DNA from: Candidatus Poribacteria bacterium
GTDB lineage: Bacteria; Poribacteria; WGA-4E; WGA-3G
NCBI GenBank assembly: GCA_022823085.1
Contig: JAJDXV010000087.1
Location: forward strand, 34,054 to 98,053
Length of the DNA stretch: 64,000 bases
Reading direction: 5' to 3'
Shown here: positions 56,516 through 64,000 of the stretch, one piece after another
Position numbering within the stretch: position 1 is the first letter of the stretch
Layout: the number at the start of each line of letters is the position of its first letter
Translations under genes and position numbers: made by a program
Notes under the pieces: generated by a model
Databases searched by the model: none
What the model saw: the letters and a program-made list of their open reading frames with translations, nothing else
What the model was told of the DNA's origin: nothing

Positions 56516-56549
56516 CAAAGTCCCCCTGATAAGGGGGATTTAGGCGGTT
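56516..56549. repeat. 34-nt intergenic repeat CAAAGTCCCCCTGATAAGGGGGATTTAGGCGGTT, copy B
   Basis: Identical to copy A except for one extra G. It lies 9 nt beyond the stop of 56558-57637. Confidence 0.85.
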
Positions 56550-56557
56550 AAGTATCC

Positions 56558-57637
56558 TCACGCATACTGTTCCAATACCTCACGGTTAATTTCGATTCCG
56601 AGCCCGGGTGCTTGTGGAACGTCAACGTATCCATCAACTGCATTTATCGGTTGCTGTGCCAGTGCTGTTCGGAGACGGTTTTCGGTCATATCAAATTCCA
56701 AGAGCGAAGGAATCGGATTGAGTGCCTGCGGGGCATCAGGAAGTGTGGCTTGCCAGTGTAGTGTCGCAGCAAGGCGGATACTGCTGCCCCACATGTGGGG
56801 CAACACGCGAACGTAGTTCGCGCTCGCCATAGCAGCGATTTTTCGGCATTCCGTGAAACCACCGGCGATGCTTATATCCGGTTGCACAATATCCAACCCA
56901 CGCTTCTGCAATAAATCTCGGAATGCCCACCGTCCTTGTAGCATCTCCCCGCCAGCGATGCGTACCTTCAATGCGTGTCGGATTTCGCGATAGCCTACCA
57001 CATCGTCGGTGGTAATCGGCTCCTCGTACCAAAAGAGGTCGTTGTCTAAGATTTTTTGTCCAACGTCAATCGCGGTACCGACATCGTAGCCACAATTGGC
57101 ATCGACGGCAAAAAGCGTGTCGTCGCCGATGGCGCGTCGGACTGCAGCGACGTTTTTCACATCGTACGCCTCACCGAAACCGATCTTCATCTTGACAGCC
57201 GGAAACCCTGCATCAACGTACCCTTTCGCTTCATCCATCAACGCTTGCGTTATATCAGGTTTATCTTTCTTGAAAAGTCCGCTGGCGTAAGCTGGGATTT
57301 TCAATCGGAATGCGCCACCGAGAAGTTGATAGATCGGCATATCGAGTGCTTTACCGATGATGTCCCACAGCGCGATATCGATCCCGCTGAGCGCGCCGAT
57401 GTTTCCGCGCATCGCTTCCCAGATTCGCTCCGTTTCAAAAGGTGATTGTCCAATCAGATGCGTCTGAATTGCTGAGGCAGATGGTGTGCTTATGCCTTCA
57501 CCCCAACCGGTGATTCCAGTGTCTGTGGAAATTTCGACGACACTGGCGGTCCGCGTTTTCGTCCATCCTCGCGAGTTGGCAAACGGTTCAAGGAGTGGAT
57601 AGCGTAAGTTGTAGGTTTTTACGTCGGTGATTTTCAT
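56558..57637 (-). CDS. enolase-superfamily enzyme (mandelate racemase/muconate lactonizing family; acid-sugar dehydratase-like)
   Basis: MKITDVK..., KMKIG, FAVDAN, WYEEP and IVQPD show the metal-ligand spacing typical of the MR subgroup. Confidence 0.85.
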   Translation of the reverse strand: MKITDVKTYNLRYPLLEPFANSRGWTKTRTASVVEISTDTGITGWGEGISTPSASAIQTHLIGQSPFETERIWEAMRGNIGALSGIDIALWDIIGKALDMPIYQLLGGAFRLKIPAYASGLFKKDKPDITQALMDEAKGYVDAGFPAVKMKIGFGEAYDVKNVAAVRRAIGDDTLFAVDANCGYDVGTAIDVGQKILDNDLFWYEEPITTDDVVGYREIRHALKVRIAGGEMLQGRWAFRDLLQKRGLDIVQPDISIAGGFTECRKIAAMASANYVRVLPHMWGSSIRLAATLHWQATLPDAPQALNPIPSLLEFDMTENRLRTALAQQPINAVDGYVDVPQAPGLGIEINREVLEQYA

Positions 57638-57734
57638 AATTTTGGCATCTGTATGCGATTTTAAAGTATGTCCCTCGTCGCCTTAGCACTCACAATTTAC
57701 ATCTATTCTACCACAATCCGCACATTTTTTGCAG

Positions 57735-57768
57735 AAAAAATGGAAAAGGCGAGATTAAGAACCTCGCC
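57735..57768 (-). terminator. possible rho-independent terminator
   Basis: On the minus strand, GGCGAG-(9 nt)-CTCGCC is followed by TTTTCCATTTTTT. The stem is short. Confidence 0.4.
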
Positions 57769-57800
57769 AATAGAGAAGCGGACACATATAAAAAAAGAAC

Positions 57801-57919
57801 AGGACTTACGCAATTTTGACGATAGCCAGTTTTTTTCGCGGATATTTCTCGGAAAACACAGCGTTCTTGGGGCACAGACTAACAGTCTATGCTACAAAAG
57901 AGAAGCATGCGTAAGTCCT
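57801..57919 (-). repeat. MITE-like TIR element, copy 5 (119 bp, inverted relative to copies 1-4)
   Basis: Same termini as the other copies. In the element orientation the hairpin is CATAGAC-TGTTA-GTCTGTG. Confidence 0.9.
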
Positions 57920-57986
57920 AAAGAATATTGGAAATTCAATTACCCACTTTTTTAGTCGTTTGCGTGTTTCCACTTAGATTAACACG

Positions 57987-59873
57987 CTAAGGAACGCCTC
58001 TTGGGTCGTAAACTTGGACACTCGTAACGGGGCCACCCCCAAAAATATAGATTTGCCCATCGATCACCTCAGTTTTATGTCCCCATTTACCAATCGGCAT
58101 GTCTGGCTTTTGGATCCAATGGTCGGTTGCGGGATCGTAGATTTCAATCGTTGAAAGTTTTGTAAATTCCTCATTTTTCGTAAAGTAACCCCCTATGACA
58201 TAGATTTTTCCATCAATTACGCTCGCTGCGTGCAACGCTTTCGGCGCAGACATCTCTGTTCTTTCACGCCATTGATTCGTTTTTGGGTTGAACACTTCAA
58301 CGCTGGAAAGACACAAATCTATCTGGTCCTCAATATGGGACCAACCCAACCCACCGATAGCATAGATTTCTCCGTTCACAACATCAATTGCTGCAGAACA
58401 ACGGGCACGGTTCATACTTCGGGCTTTTGTCCATGTGTCCGTTGCCGGATCATATATCACCACGGTTCCCAACTGCGGCTGTTCGTTCGTCGTTAGCCAC
58501 CCACCAACGGCATAGATTTTACCATCCACAACGCAGGTCATGGTCTTCTTCGGTGTCGGCATGTCTGCTTTCTGGGTCCATGTGTCCGTAGTCGGATCAT
58601 ACATTTCTACGGTTGCGAGTTCTTCACTCTCGGAATAGAATCCGCGAGGTACCTGAATCGTTTTTAGTTTCGACCCACCAATGGCATAGATTTTACCATC
58701 CACAACTGAGACGGATACGCCGGACCGCGCTGTCGGCATATTCGCCTTTTGTTCCCATGTATCGGTTTTCGGGTTGTACATTTCTACTGTTGAAGTCGAT
58801 ATATCCCCAAATTCGCCCCTTTTGAGTTGTATATTACCGCCGATCACGAACACTTTTCCATTCACGAGAGATGTCGCAAAACCTGTTCGAGCTGTCGGCA
58901 TGTCCGTTTTCCGCGCCCACCGCAACGTAGCAGGTACGAGAGAATTTCGCTCGGTATCGGACACAAGAGGCGTTTCAGCGGACTGCAGTCCTACCCCACC
59001 GTTTTTATCGGCGGAAATCGATCGTCCGACCTGGCGCCGCAGATCGGGCTTTAAATCAATATCGAGAAGGATAGCGGTATCAACAATTTCAACCGTAGGT
59101 TCGGCGACTGCCTCGAAACTGTACGGTTTCTGAAAGTAGGCGAGATATTGGTTGGTCGCCCCTAATAGCATGGCAAATAGAACGGTCGCCACACCAAAAG
59201 CACTCCACGGGAGCAGAGGTTTGGCAACCGGAGGGGGTGTCGGTTTCAGGTCAGCGACCTCCCGCATGATGCTCTCGGTTAGATTGATAGGGAACTGCAC
59301 ACCACCGAGCACTTCCTGAACCAAGAGTTCTTGATCCTCCCGCAAACGCTTTCGCGCCCGCCAGAGTCGGTTTGTAATCGTGTTTACGGAGACCCCTAAG
59401 AATTTGCTTATCTCTTTTGCTGTCATTTCACCGAGATAGTGGAGCGTCATTACCGTGCGCTCGCTCTCCGGCAGTTTCGACAGAAGTTTTTCGGCGATTT
59501 CGTAGCGGTGTTCGGTGTCTTCTGCTTCACGCTGTTCTGTGGTATGGTGGATATAAGAAGATTCCTCTATTTCTGTCACAGGTGTGTCCTCCAACGATTG
59601 CATCGCGGGTTTGTGTCTCTGGAGCCAATTGATACAGAGTCGATTTGCGATGACATAAAGCCACCCCGCAAATTGATTCGGATTTTTGAGTGTGGAGAGT
59701 TTTTTGTATGCTTGGAGGAAGGTATCTTGCGTAATCTCCTCAGCATAGTGAAAATCGTTAACTTTCCGCCACACGAGCGCGTGAACTCCCTTTTGGTGCC
59801 TTTGTACTAAAGTGTTGAAGGCATCATCGTCGCCTGACAAAATTCTGCGAATCAGTTGAGCATCATTTTCCAC
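57987..59873 (-). CDS. ECF sigma-70 factor fused through one TM helix to an extracytoplasmic Kelch beta-propeller
   Basis: Sigma region 2 (DFHYAEEITQDTFLQAYKKL, FAGWLYVIANRLCINWLQ) and region 4 (ESERTVMTLHYLGEMTAKEISKFLGVSVNTITNRLWRARKRL). The TM helix is LLPWSAFGVATVLFAMLLGA. Kelch repeats follow, of the form (G/N)G(K/E)(I/V)(Y/F)(A/V)IGG, e.g. GKIYAIGG, GKVFVIGG, GKIYVIGG, GEIYAIGG. Confidence 0.8.
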   Translation of the reverse strand: MENDAQLIRRILSGDDDAFNTLVQRHQKGVHALVWRKVNDFHYAEEITQDTFLQAYKKLSTLKNPNQFAGWLYVIANRLCINWLQRHKPAMQSLEDTPVTEIEESSYIHHTTEQREAEDTEHRYEIAEKLLSKLPESERTVMTLHYLGEMTAKEISKFLGVSVNTITNRLWRARKRLREDQELLVQEVLGGVQFPINLTESIMREVADLKPTPPPVAKPLLPWSAFGVATVLFAMLLGATNQYLAYFQKPYSFEAVAEPTVEIVDTAILLDIDLKPDLRRQVGRSISADKNGGVGLQSAETPLVSDTERNSLVPATLRWARKTDMPTARTGFATSLVNGKVFVIGGNIQLKRGEFGDISTSTVEMYNPKTDTWEQKANMPTARSGVSVSVVDGKIYAIGGSKLKTIQVPRGFYSESEELATVEMYDPTTDTWTQKADMPTPKKTMTCVVDGKIYAVGGWLTTNEQPQLGTVVIYDPATDTWTKARSMNRARCSAAIDVVNGEIYAIGGLGWSHIEDQIDLCLSSVEVFNPKTNQWRERTEMSAPKALHAASVIDGKIYVIGGYFTKNEEFTKLSTIEIYDPATDHWIQKPDMPIGKWGHKTEVIDGQIYIFGGGPVTSVQVYDPRGVP

Positions 59874-59932
59874 TGTTACAATCTCCCATAGTGCGCGAGC
59901 AGATTTAGTTGTACCTGCATTGCTATAATAAG

Positions 59933-60835
59933 TTATTGCTTAAGTCGTCCCCATATTATTGCAAGTTTCCCTTGTGGCTCGACGGCAAGCGCGTTTCCAA
60001 TTTTTGCGCCATTTTTACCCACCAGATGATGCGCATTGCCCGATGCATCTGAAAATTGCTGTGCCCCACCCGGTTCATCAAAATGCCATAAGGCAACCGT
60101 CTTTGCATCATCTTTGAACTTTCCGTCTGGCATAAAGCCTTTTTTGTTCACATCGTAACGCGCCTCCGTTGAGATGCGGACCTCATCAATATATCCAGTG
60201 AAGGAATCAAGAAACGCTTTGGTCGGCGGTAGACCAGGCATCACAATTATCTTTCCAAACCCGCCGAGCACGAAGTCCTTTGGACGCAAACCACGAGGAT
60301 CACGATCATGTCCGAGAGGGAACCCGTTTTGGTGTGTCCCTCCGAAATCATTGACGATCGCCGTTACCTGATTTCCCTTTACCTGATGAACGACGTGGTA
60401 CCACTGGTTCAACGCAACCGAGATCGGGAAAGCTAGCGTCCGACCGAACCCTCCATCAACATAGGAATTCATTTGCAAGACGAGGTCCCCCTTCGGCGGA
60501 TCGGTATTTACGGCATTCGCCAGTTCATTGAATTGACCTTCATTGTTTACAATGACCATATCCACCTGTTGATGGAGTATCACCAATACCGTCGTGTCCT
60601 TTTTGTCGGGCGGTGCAGTCAGATATATCCATGCTTCAAAGGTGAATTCCTCCGTGCCATCCGGTAAGAGATAACCAAAGGTTTCAAATTCCAAAACGGC
60701 GTAGTCATCGACCCCGTCGAGGACTAAATAGTTACCTCCCGCGGGGGATGGCGGTGGCAACGCTTTGGCACGCAGCGGAATTAATGTGAGTAAAAACAGA
60801 GCAGTCAAAATTGACAGATTTCGTAAATTTTTCAT
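59933..60835 (-). CDS. secreted LamG/concanavalin-like lectin-fold protein ending in a KLAIIWGRLKQ tail
   Basis: Signal peptide MKNLRNLSILTALFLLTLIPLRAKA. LVLDGVDDYAVLEF...FTFEAWIY is LamG-like. The ATG overlaps the upstream TGA (ATGA). Confidence 0.7.
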   Translation of the reverse strand: MKNLRNLSILTALFLLTLIPLRAKALPPPSPAGGNYLVLDGVDDYAVLEFETFGYLLPDGTEEFTFEAWIYLTAPPDKKDTTVLVILHQQVDMVIVNNEGQFNELANAVNTDPPKGDLVLQMNSYVDGGFGRTLAFPISVALNQWYHVVHQVKGNQVTAIVNDFGGTHQNGFPLGHDRDPRGLRPKDFVLGGFGKIIVMPGLPPTKAFLDSFTGYIDEVRISTEARYDVNKKGFMPDGKFKDDAKTVALWHFDEPGGAQQFSDASGNAHHLVGKNGAKIGNALAVEPQGKLAIIWGRLKQ

Positions 60836-61836
60836 CTTTTCACTTCTCCCCATGTCGCGGTTAGGAAATGCTGCTCTGGTGAAACTGGCAAGGCATACAT
60901 AGGATTGAACCAATCCCCACCAAAATTCCATGTCTTATGCGTCAACTGTGTTTGGATGCCGCTCCGTACGTCGATTTTTAATATCTCGTGTTGCCCATTA
61001 ATGGGGCGTGTATAAAGGACGTATCGTCCATCCGGCGATAATTCAGGTGCCCACGCATACCGTCCGGCTTCATCAACGAGTTGGTGTAACCCCGTGCCGT
61101 CACTATTGACAATAAAGATTGTATTTTTGTCGATCCATTCATTATGAAGATGTCTATCTTCGGCGGCAGGGAACGGATGGTTGTTCCCGGAAAAGACGAG
61201 TTTATCCCCTGTCGCCGACCAAGACGGGTCGCTTTGCCATTGGATCGCTTTGTGAGGTAAGAATCGTGTTTGCGACTGTGTGTGGAGATTCACGAATGTC
61301 AGGCGTTCATCTATGATACAAGCGATTTCTGTGCCATCGGGTGACCACGCCGGATCCGTGCCACCTATAACGAATTCTTTTTCTTTCTCTTTCCCTAAAG
61401 TCGCAATGTAGATAGTGGACATGGAACTATTCCAGCCTACAGCACCATAAGCGAACTGGCTGCCGTCCGGCGACCAGGTCGGACTGCTTTTATTTCTTCT
61501 TCTTCTTCTTTTTTCGTTGAAGACGCGTCGGACGTTCGATCCATCAGCGTTCATGAGATACAGATCGTCAACTTCGCCGTTGCGATCGGAGACGAAGAGA
61601 ATCTGCTCGCCCGTAGGAGACCAGGCGGCTTGTTGATCGTTAGCAGGATGCTGTGTTAGGTTTACTTCCTCGGAACCGTCCGGATTCATGACATAGATTT
61701 CATAATTTCCATCTCGGACAGAGGTAAATAAGATTTTGGAGGTCATCGGTGCTTTCGCGAAAAGTGGAGAAATACTCACATTCAGGACCATGAATAGATT
61801 AACTGTGACACAAACGAGTAAGTGTGTTGTTTTCAT
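60832..61836 (-). CDS. secreted TolB-like (PD40 repeat) beta-propeller protein ending in an FLTATWGEVKR tail
   Basis: Signal peptide MKTTHLLVCVTVNLFMVLNVSISPLFAKA. Repeated SPDG/SPTG motifs (WSPTGEQILF, WSPDGSQFAY, WSPDGTEIAC, LSPDGRYVLY). GGAGG RBS. Confidence 0.75.
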   Translation of the reverse strand: MKTTHLLVCVTVNLFMVLNVSISPLFAKAPMTSKILFTSVRDGNYEIYVMNPDGSEEVNLTQHPANDQQAAWSPTGEQILFVSDRNGEVDDLYLMNADGSNVRRVFNEKRRRRRNKSSPTWSPDGSQFAYGAVGWNSSMSTIYIATLGKEKEKEFVIGGTDPAWSPDGTEIACIIDERLTFVNLHTQSQTRFLPHKAIQWQSDPSWSATGDKLVFSGNNHPFPAAEDRHLHNEWIDKNTIFIVNSDGTGLHQLVDEAGRYAWAPELSPDGRYVLYTRPINGQHEILKIDVRSGIQTQLTHKTWNFGGDWFNPMYALPVSPEQHFLTATWGEVKR

Positions 61837-62252
61837 GCTGCCTCCACGGTGTTCAACCGCCACGGTTTATTATTTTTTAGATTAGCAGATACTGTCTATT
61901 GCTTTCTGGCTTTTGGTATGTCCGTTTTCTGCGTTCGATTTCCGTCAGCAATGAACTGACCCATATCAATATACTTAACGTCTAACGCCCTTTCAGGGTT
62001 TACTTCCGTTCGTGATACAAAACGTGAACCTCTCATTTTAAATATTCTTGTGTATCACGCCATTTATAATTAAAGACACAATTTTTAGACAAAAGTTGTG
62101 CATAATTTGAAAAAAAAAATAAAAAAGGGGATTTTGGCAGGTATTTGTCTTTCGAGCGTTCAACCTCGGAGGGACGGGAGGTGTAAAGAAAAGATACACG
62201 CCAAAGACAAAAAAGCTTGAGAGAGACGAACGGGATAGGATGTGTATGTATG

Positions 62253-62915
62253 CTATTGCGCTTCAAGTGAGATGTGAAATATACCGCTGCGTTGCGTGAC
62301 GATATATAATTTTTGGTTATTGACAGCAAGATCGCGGATTTTATCTGGCACACTGGGTGCTATTTGCTCCCATCGACCCTCGGTATCCAATCGGTAGATA
62401 CCACCTGTATTGTTAGCACCATAAACTGTAGTGCCATCCGGGGCGAGACTATCCATTATTGTCTGTTTTCCCATTTTATCGGTTAGGACGCGCCAGTGTG
62501 CACCGGTTTGCGAACTTAAAACACCTGTGTCGGTTGCGACGTAAACCGTGGTTCCCGCAAAGGTTATCTCCTTGAGATGCGTGCAGTGAAGTGGAAGGAT
62601 AGGTGTAATATTTTTCCAGCTCTTTCCGCTATCGAGCGACTGAAAGAGGGTACCATCTCGCTTACCGACGTAGACGACTTCGCCTGAAGCTGCTAACTTG
62701 AGACCGTTGTCATGGCCATGTTTAGGTGTTTCAGTTGTATCGATTAAACCGGTGTCTGTCCATTCCGAGTCGCCGCGGTTCCATTTGAAAAGCTGCCGCT
62801 TGTATTCGGCGTAGAAGGTTCTTCCACTGACTGCAAACCCGCCGATTTCTTGTTCTATCTCGGTAAAAGCCAATGTCGTTAACAAGTTATCGCTTTTTTC
62901 AGGATTATGCGGCAA
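62253..62915 (-). CDS. BNR/Ycf48-like beta-propeller fragment, probably the detached sensor domain of the upstream ECF sigma fusion
   Basis: SLDSGKSWKNI is a BNR motif. There is no convincing RBS and only a TTG start. The frame is open upstream to 62987, overlapping the end of 62948-64000. Confidence 0.55.
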   Translation of the reverse strand: MPHNPEKSDNLLTTLAFTEIEQEIGGFAVSGRTFYAEYKRQLFKWNRGDSEWTDTGLIDTTETPKHGHDNGLKLAASGEVVYVGKRDGTLFQSLDSGKSWKNITPILPLHCTHLKEITFAGTTVYVATDTGVLSSQTGAHWRVLTDKMGKQTIMDSLAPDGTTVYGANNTGGIYRLDTEGRWEQIAPSVPDKIRDLAVNNQKLYIVTQRSGIFHISLEAQ

Positions 62916-62947
62916 ATGTGTTTTTTTGAGATCGTCGTTCCAGGATT

Positions 62948-64000
62948 CTAACGCAATGAACTGTACATCTCGTTTAAAAGGGTTTTGTCAGATGTCGCAA
63001 AAATATCGCGGACAGCACCGCCATAGGGACCATTTGTTTGGTTCCATTGTGAAGTAGAGAACTTAGCGAGATCGTCCCGTGTATTGGATGTTGAAGCGAT
63101 TTCAGTGCTTTGCAGACCGGTGCTGCTGTTTTTACCGGGTTGAACGGCACGTCCAACCTGATGCCGCACAGCCGGTTTTGCGTCGATATCGACCACAATG
63201 AACGCGTCAACGATTTCAATCGTGGGTTCAGATTGTGCCTCAAAGCTATACGGCTGCTGGAACCGAGCGAGATATTGATTGCTTGCGCCCAACAGGAGTA
63301 TAATCAAAACCGTAGCTGCACCAAAAGCCGCCCACGGTAGCAGCGGTTTCCCAGCCGAAGGCGGTGTCGGTTTTATATTCGCAACTTGTCTTGTGATGTT
63401 CTCCATGAGACTCGTGGGTAATTGAACACCCCCAAGGACTTCGCTAATTAAGAGTTCCTCTTTCCCTTGTAAACGTTTTCGGGCTCGGTGGAGCCGGCTA
63501 TGCACTGTCTTCACAGACACCCCAAGGAACTTACCAATTTCCTTCGCTGGCATTTCGCCGAGATAATAGAGTGTCATAACCGTCCGTTCGCTCTCTGGGA
63601 GTCTTGTCAGAAGTTTTTTGACGATTTCACTCCGATGTTCGGCGGCTTCTGTCTCGCGATGCTCTGATACATGGTGGGTATAGGAGAATTTTTCTGCTTC
63701 TGCCGCGGCTGTGCCCTCCAGCGATTGCATCGCAGGTTTTTGCTTACGTATCCAATTCAGGCAAAGTCGATTCGCAATAACGTAAAGCCACCCAGCAAAC
63801 TGGTTGGGATTCTTGAGTGTTGGAAGTTTTTTATAGACTTGGAGGAAAGTGTCTTGCGTAACCTCCTCGGCGTGGTGAAAATCACCGATCTTCCGCCATG
63901 CGAGCGCGTGGACCCCTTTTTGGTATTTTTTAACCAAAGTGCTGAATGCTGCGTCATCACCTGACAAGGTGCTGCGAATCAGTTGAACATCATTTTTTTC
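62948..64000 (-). CDS. ECF sigma-70 factor + TM helix + start of a beta-propeller, N-terminus just outside the window (paralog of 57987-59873)
   Basis: The frame stays open to base 64000 (EKNDVQLIRSTLSGDDAAF, compared with MENDAQLIRRILSGDDDAF in the paralog). Regions 2 and 4 and the TM helix are conserved. The tail NGPYGGAVRDIFATSDKTL looks like a first BNR-propeller blade. Confidence 0.75.
   Translation of the reverse strand, partial: EKNDVQLIRSTLSGDDAAFSTLVKKYQKGVHALAWRKIGDFHHAEEVTQDTFLQVYKKLPTLKNPNQFAGWLYVIANRLCLNWIRKQKPAMQSLEGTAAAEAEKFSYTHHVSEHRETEAAEHRSEIVKKLLTRLPESERTVMTLYYLGEMPAKEIGKFLGVSVKTVHSRLHRARKRLQGKEELLISEVLGGVQLPTSLMENITRQVANIKPTPPSAGKPLLPWAAFGAATVLIILLLGASNQYLARFQQPYSFEAQSEPTIEIVDAFIVVDIDAKPAVRHQVGRAVQPGKNSSTGLQSTEIASTSNTRDDLAKFSTSQWNQTNGPYGGAVRDIFATSDKTLLNEMYSSLR

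Noticed and set aside
60836-60931. N-terminal extension of the LamG ORF (MEFWWGLVQSY...) overlapping the TolB-like gene by 100 nt.
   Set aside because: The internal ATG at 60835 gives a canonical signal peptide and an ATGA stop-start overlap. The extension is probably not translated.
62033-62353. 106-aa minus-strand ORF in the 61.9-62.3 kb spacer.
   Set aside because: It runs through an A-rich homopolymer region and overlaps the end of the BNR ORF. It has no coding signature.
62346-62361. Sigma54-like -24/-12 element TGGCAC-ACTGG-GTGCT.
   Set aside because: It lies inside and antisense to the BNR-propeller ORF, has an imperfect -12 box, and no downstream plus-strand gene. It is most likely chance.
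1-64000. rRNA, tRNA, tmRNA, CRISPR arrays, reverse transcriptase/retron or DGR features.
   Set aside because: None was recognised on either strand during manual reading. A proper tRNAscan or Infernal run could still find small RNAs that I cannot see.

Overview
64-kb chromosomal fragment from a bacterium that cannot be placed from this window. There is no rRNA or tRNA here. The gene content (many Gfo/Idh/MocA, xylose-isomerase-like, LamG, TPR and membrane-tethered ECF sigma genes) has a PVC or candidate-phylum flavour. I call about 53 CDS, mostly on the minus strand. They include oxidoreductase and sugar-metabolism genes, a sigma54-type response regulator, nagA, fdhD, ogt, and a HlyD adaptor followed by four tandem FtsX/MacB-type permeases with no ATPase. 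Two ECF-sigma/TM/beta-propeller fusions flank secreted LamG and TolB-like proteins. The stand-out region is a visibly AT-richer, co-directional plus-strand block at about 27.8-35.6 kb. It carries a mazEF-like toxin-antitoxin pair with a near-consensus promoter. Next comes a 667-aa PD-(D/E)xK nuclease + gamma-class N6-adenine methyltransferase fusion that stops right after the MTase core, with no target-recognition domain and no S subunit nearby. 167 nt downstream is a 1276-aa protein with an Mrr-like nuclease head, a STAND P-loop NTPase and about 850 aa of helical repeats (Avs-like). I propose this pair as a candidate undescribed defence module. A smaller accessory patch at 7.5-9.7 kb holds vapBC plus a stand-alone HsdR_N-like nuclease-fold protein. 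The window also carries a 119-bp terminal-inverted-repeat element in 5 copies whose internal hairpin shows compensatory base changes, heptanucleotide tandem-repeat palindromes in several leaders, and a recurrent C-terminal tail ('KL.TTWG.IK') on four secreted proteins. All functional calls come from motif reading by eye; no database search was possible.
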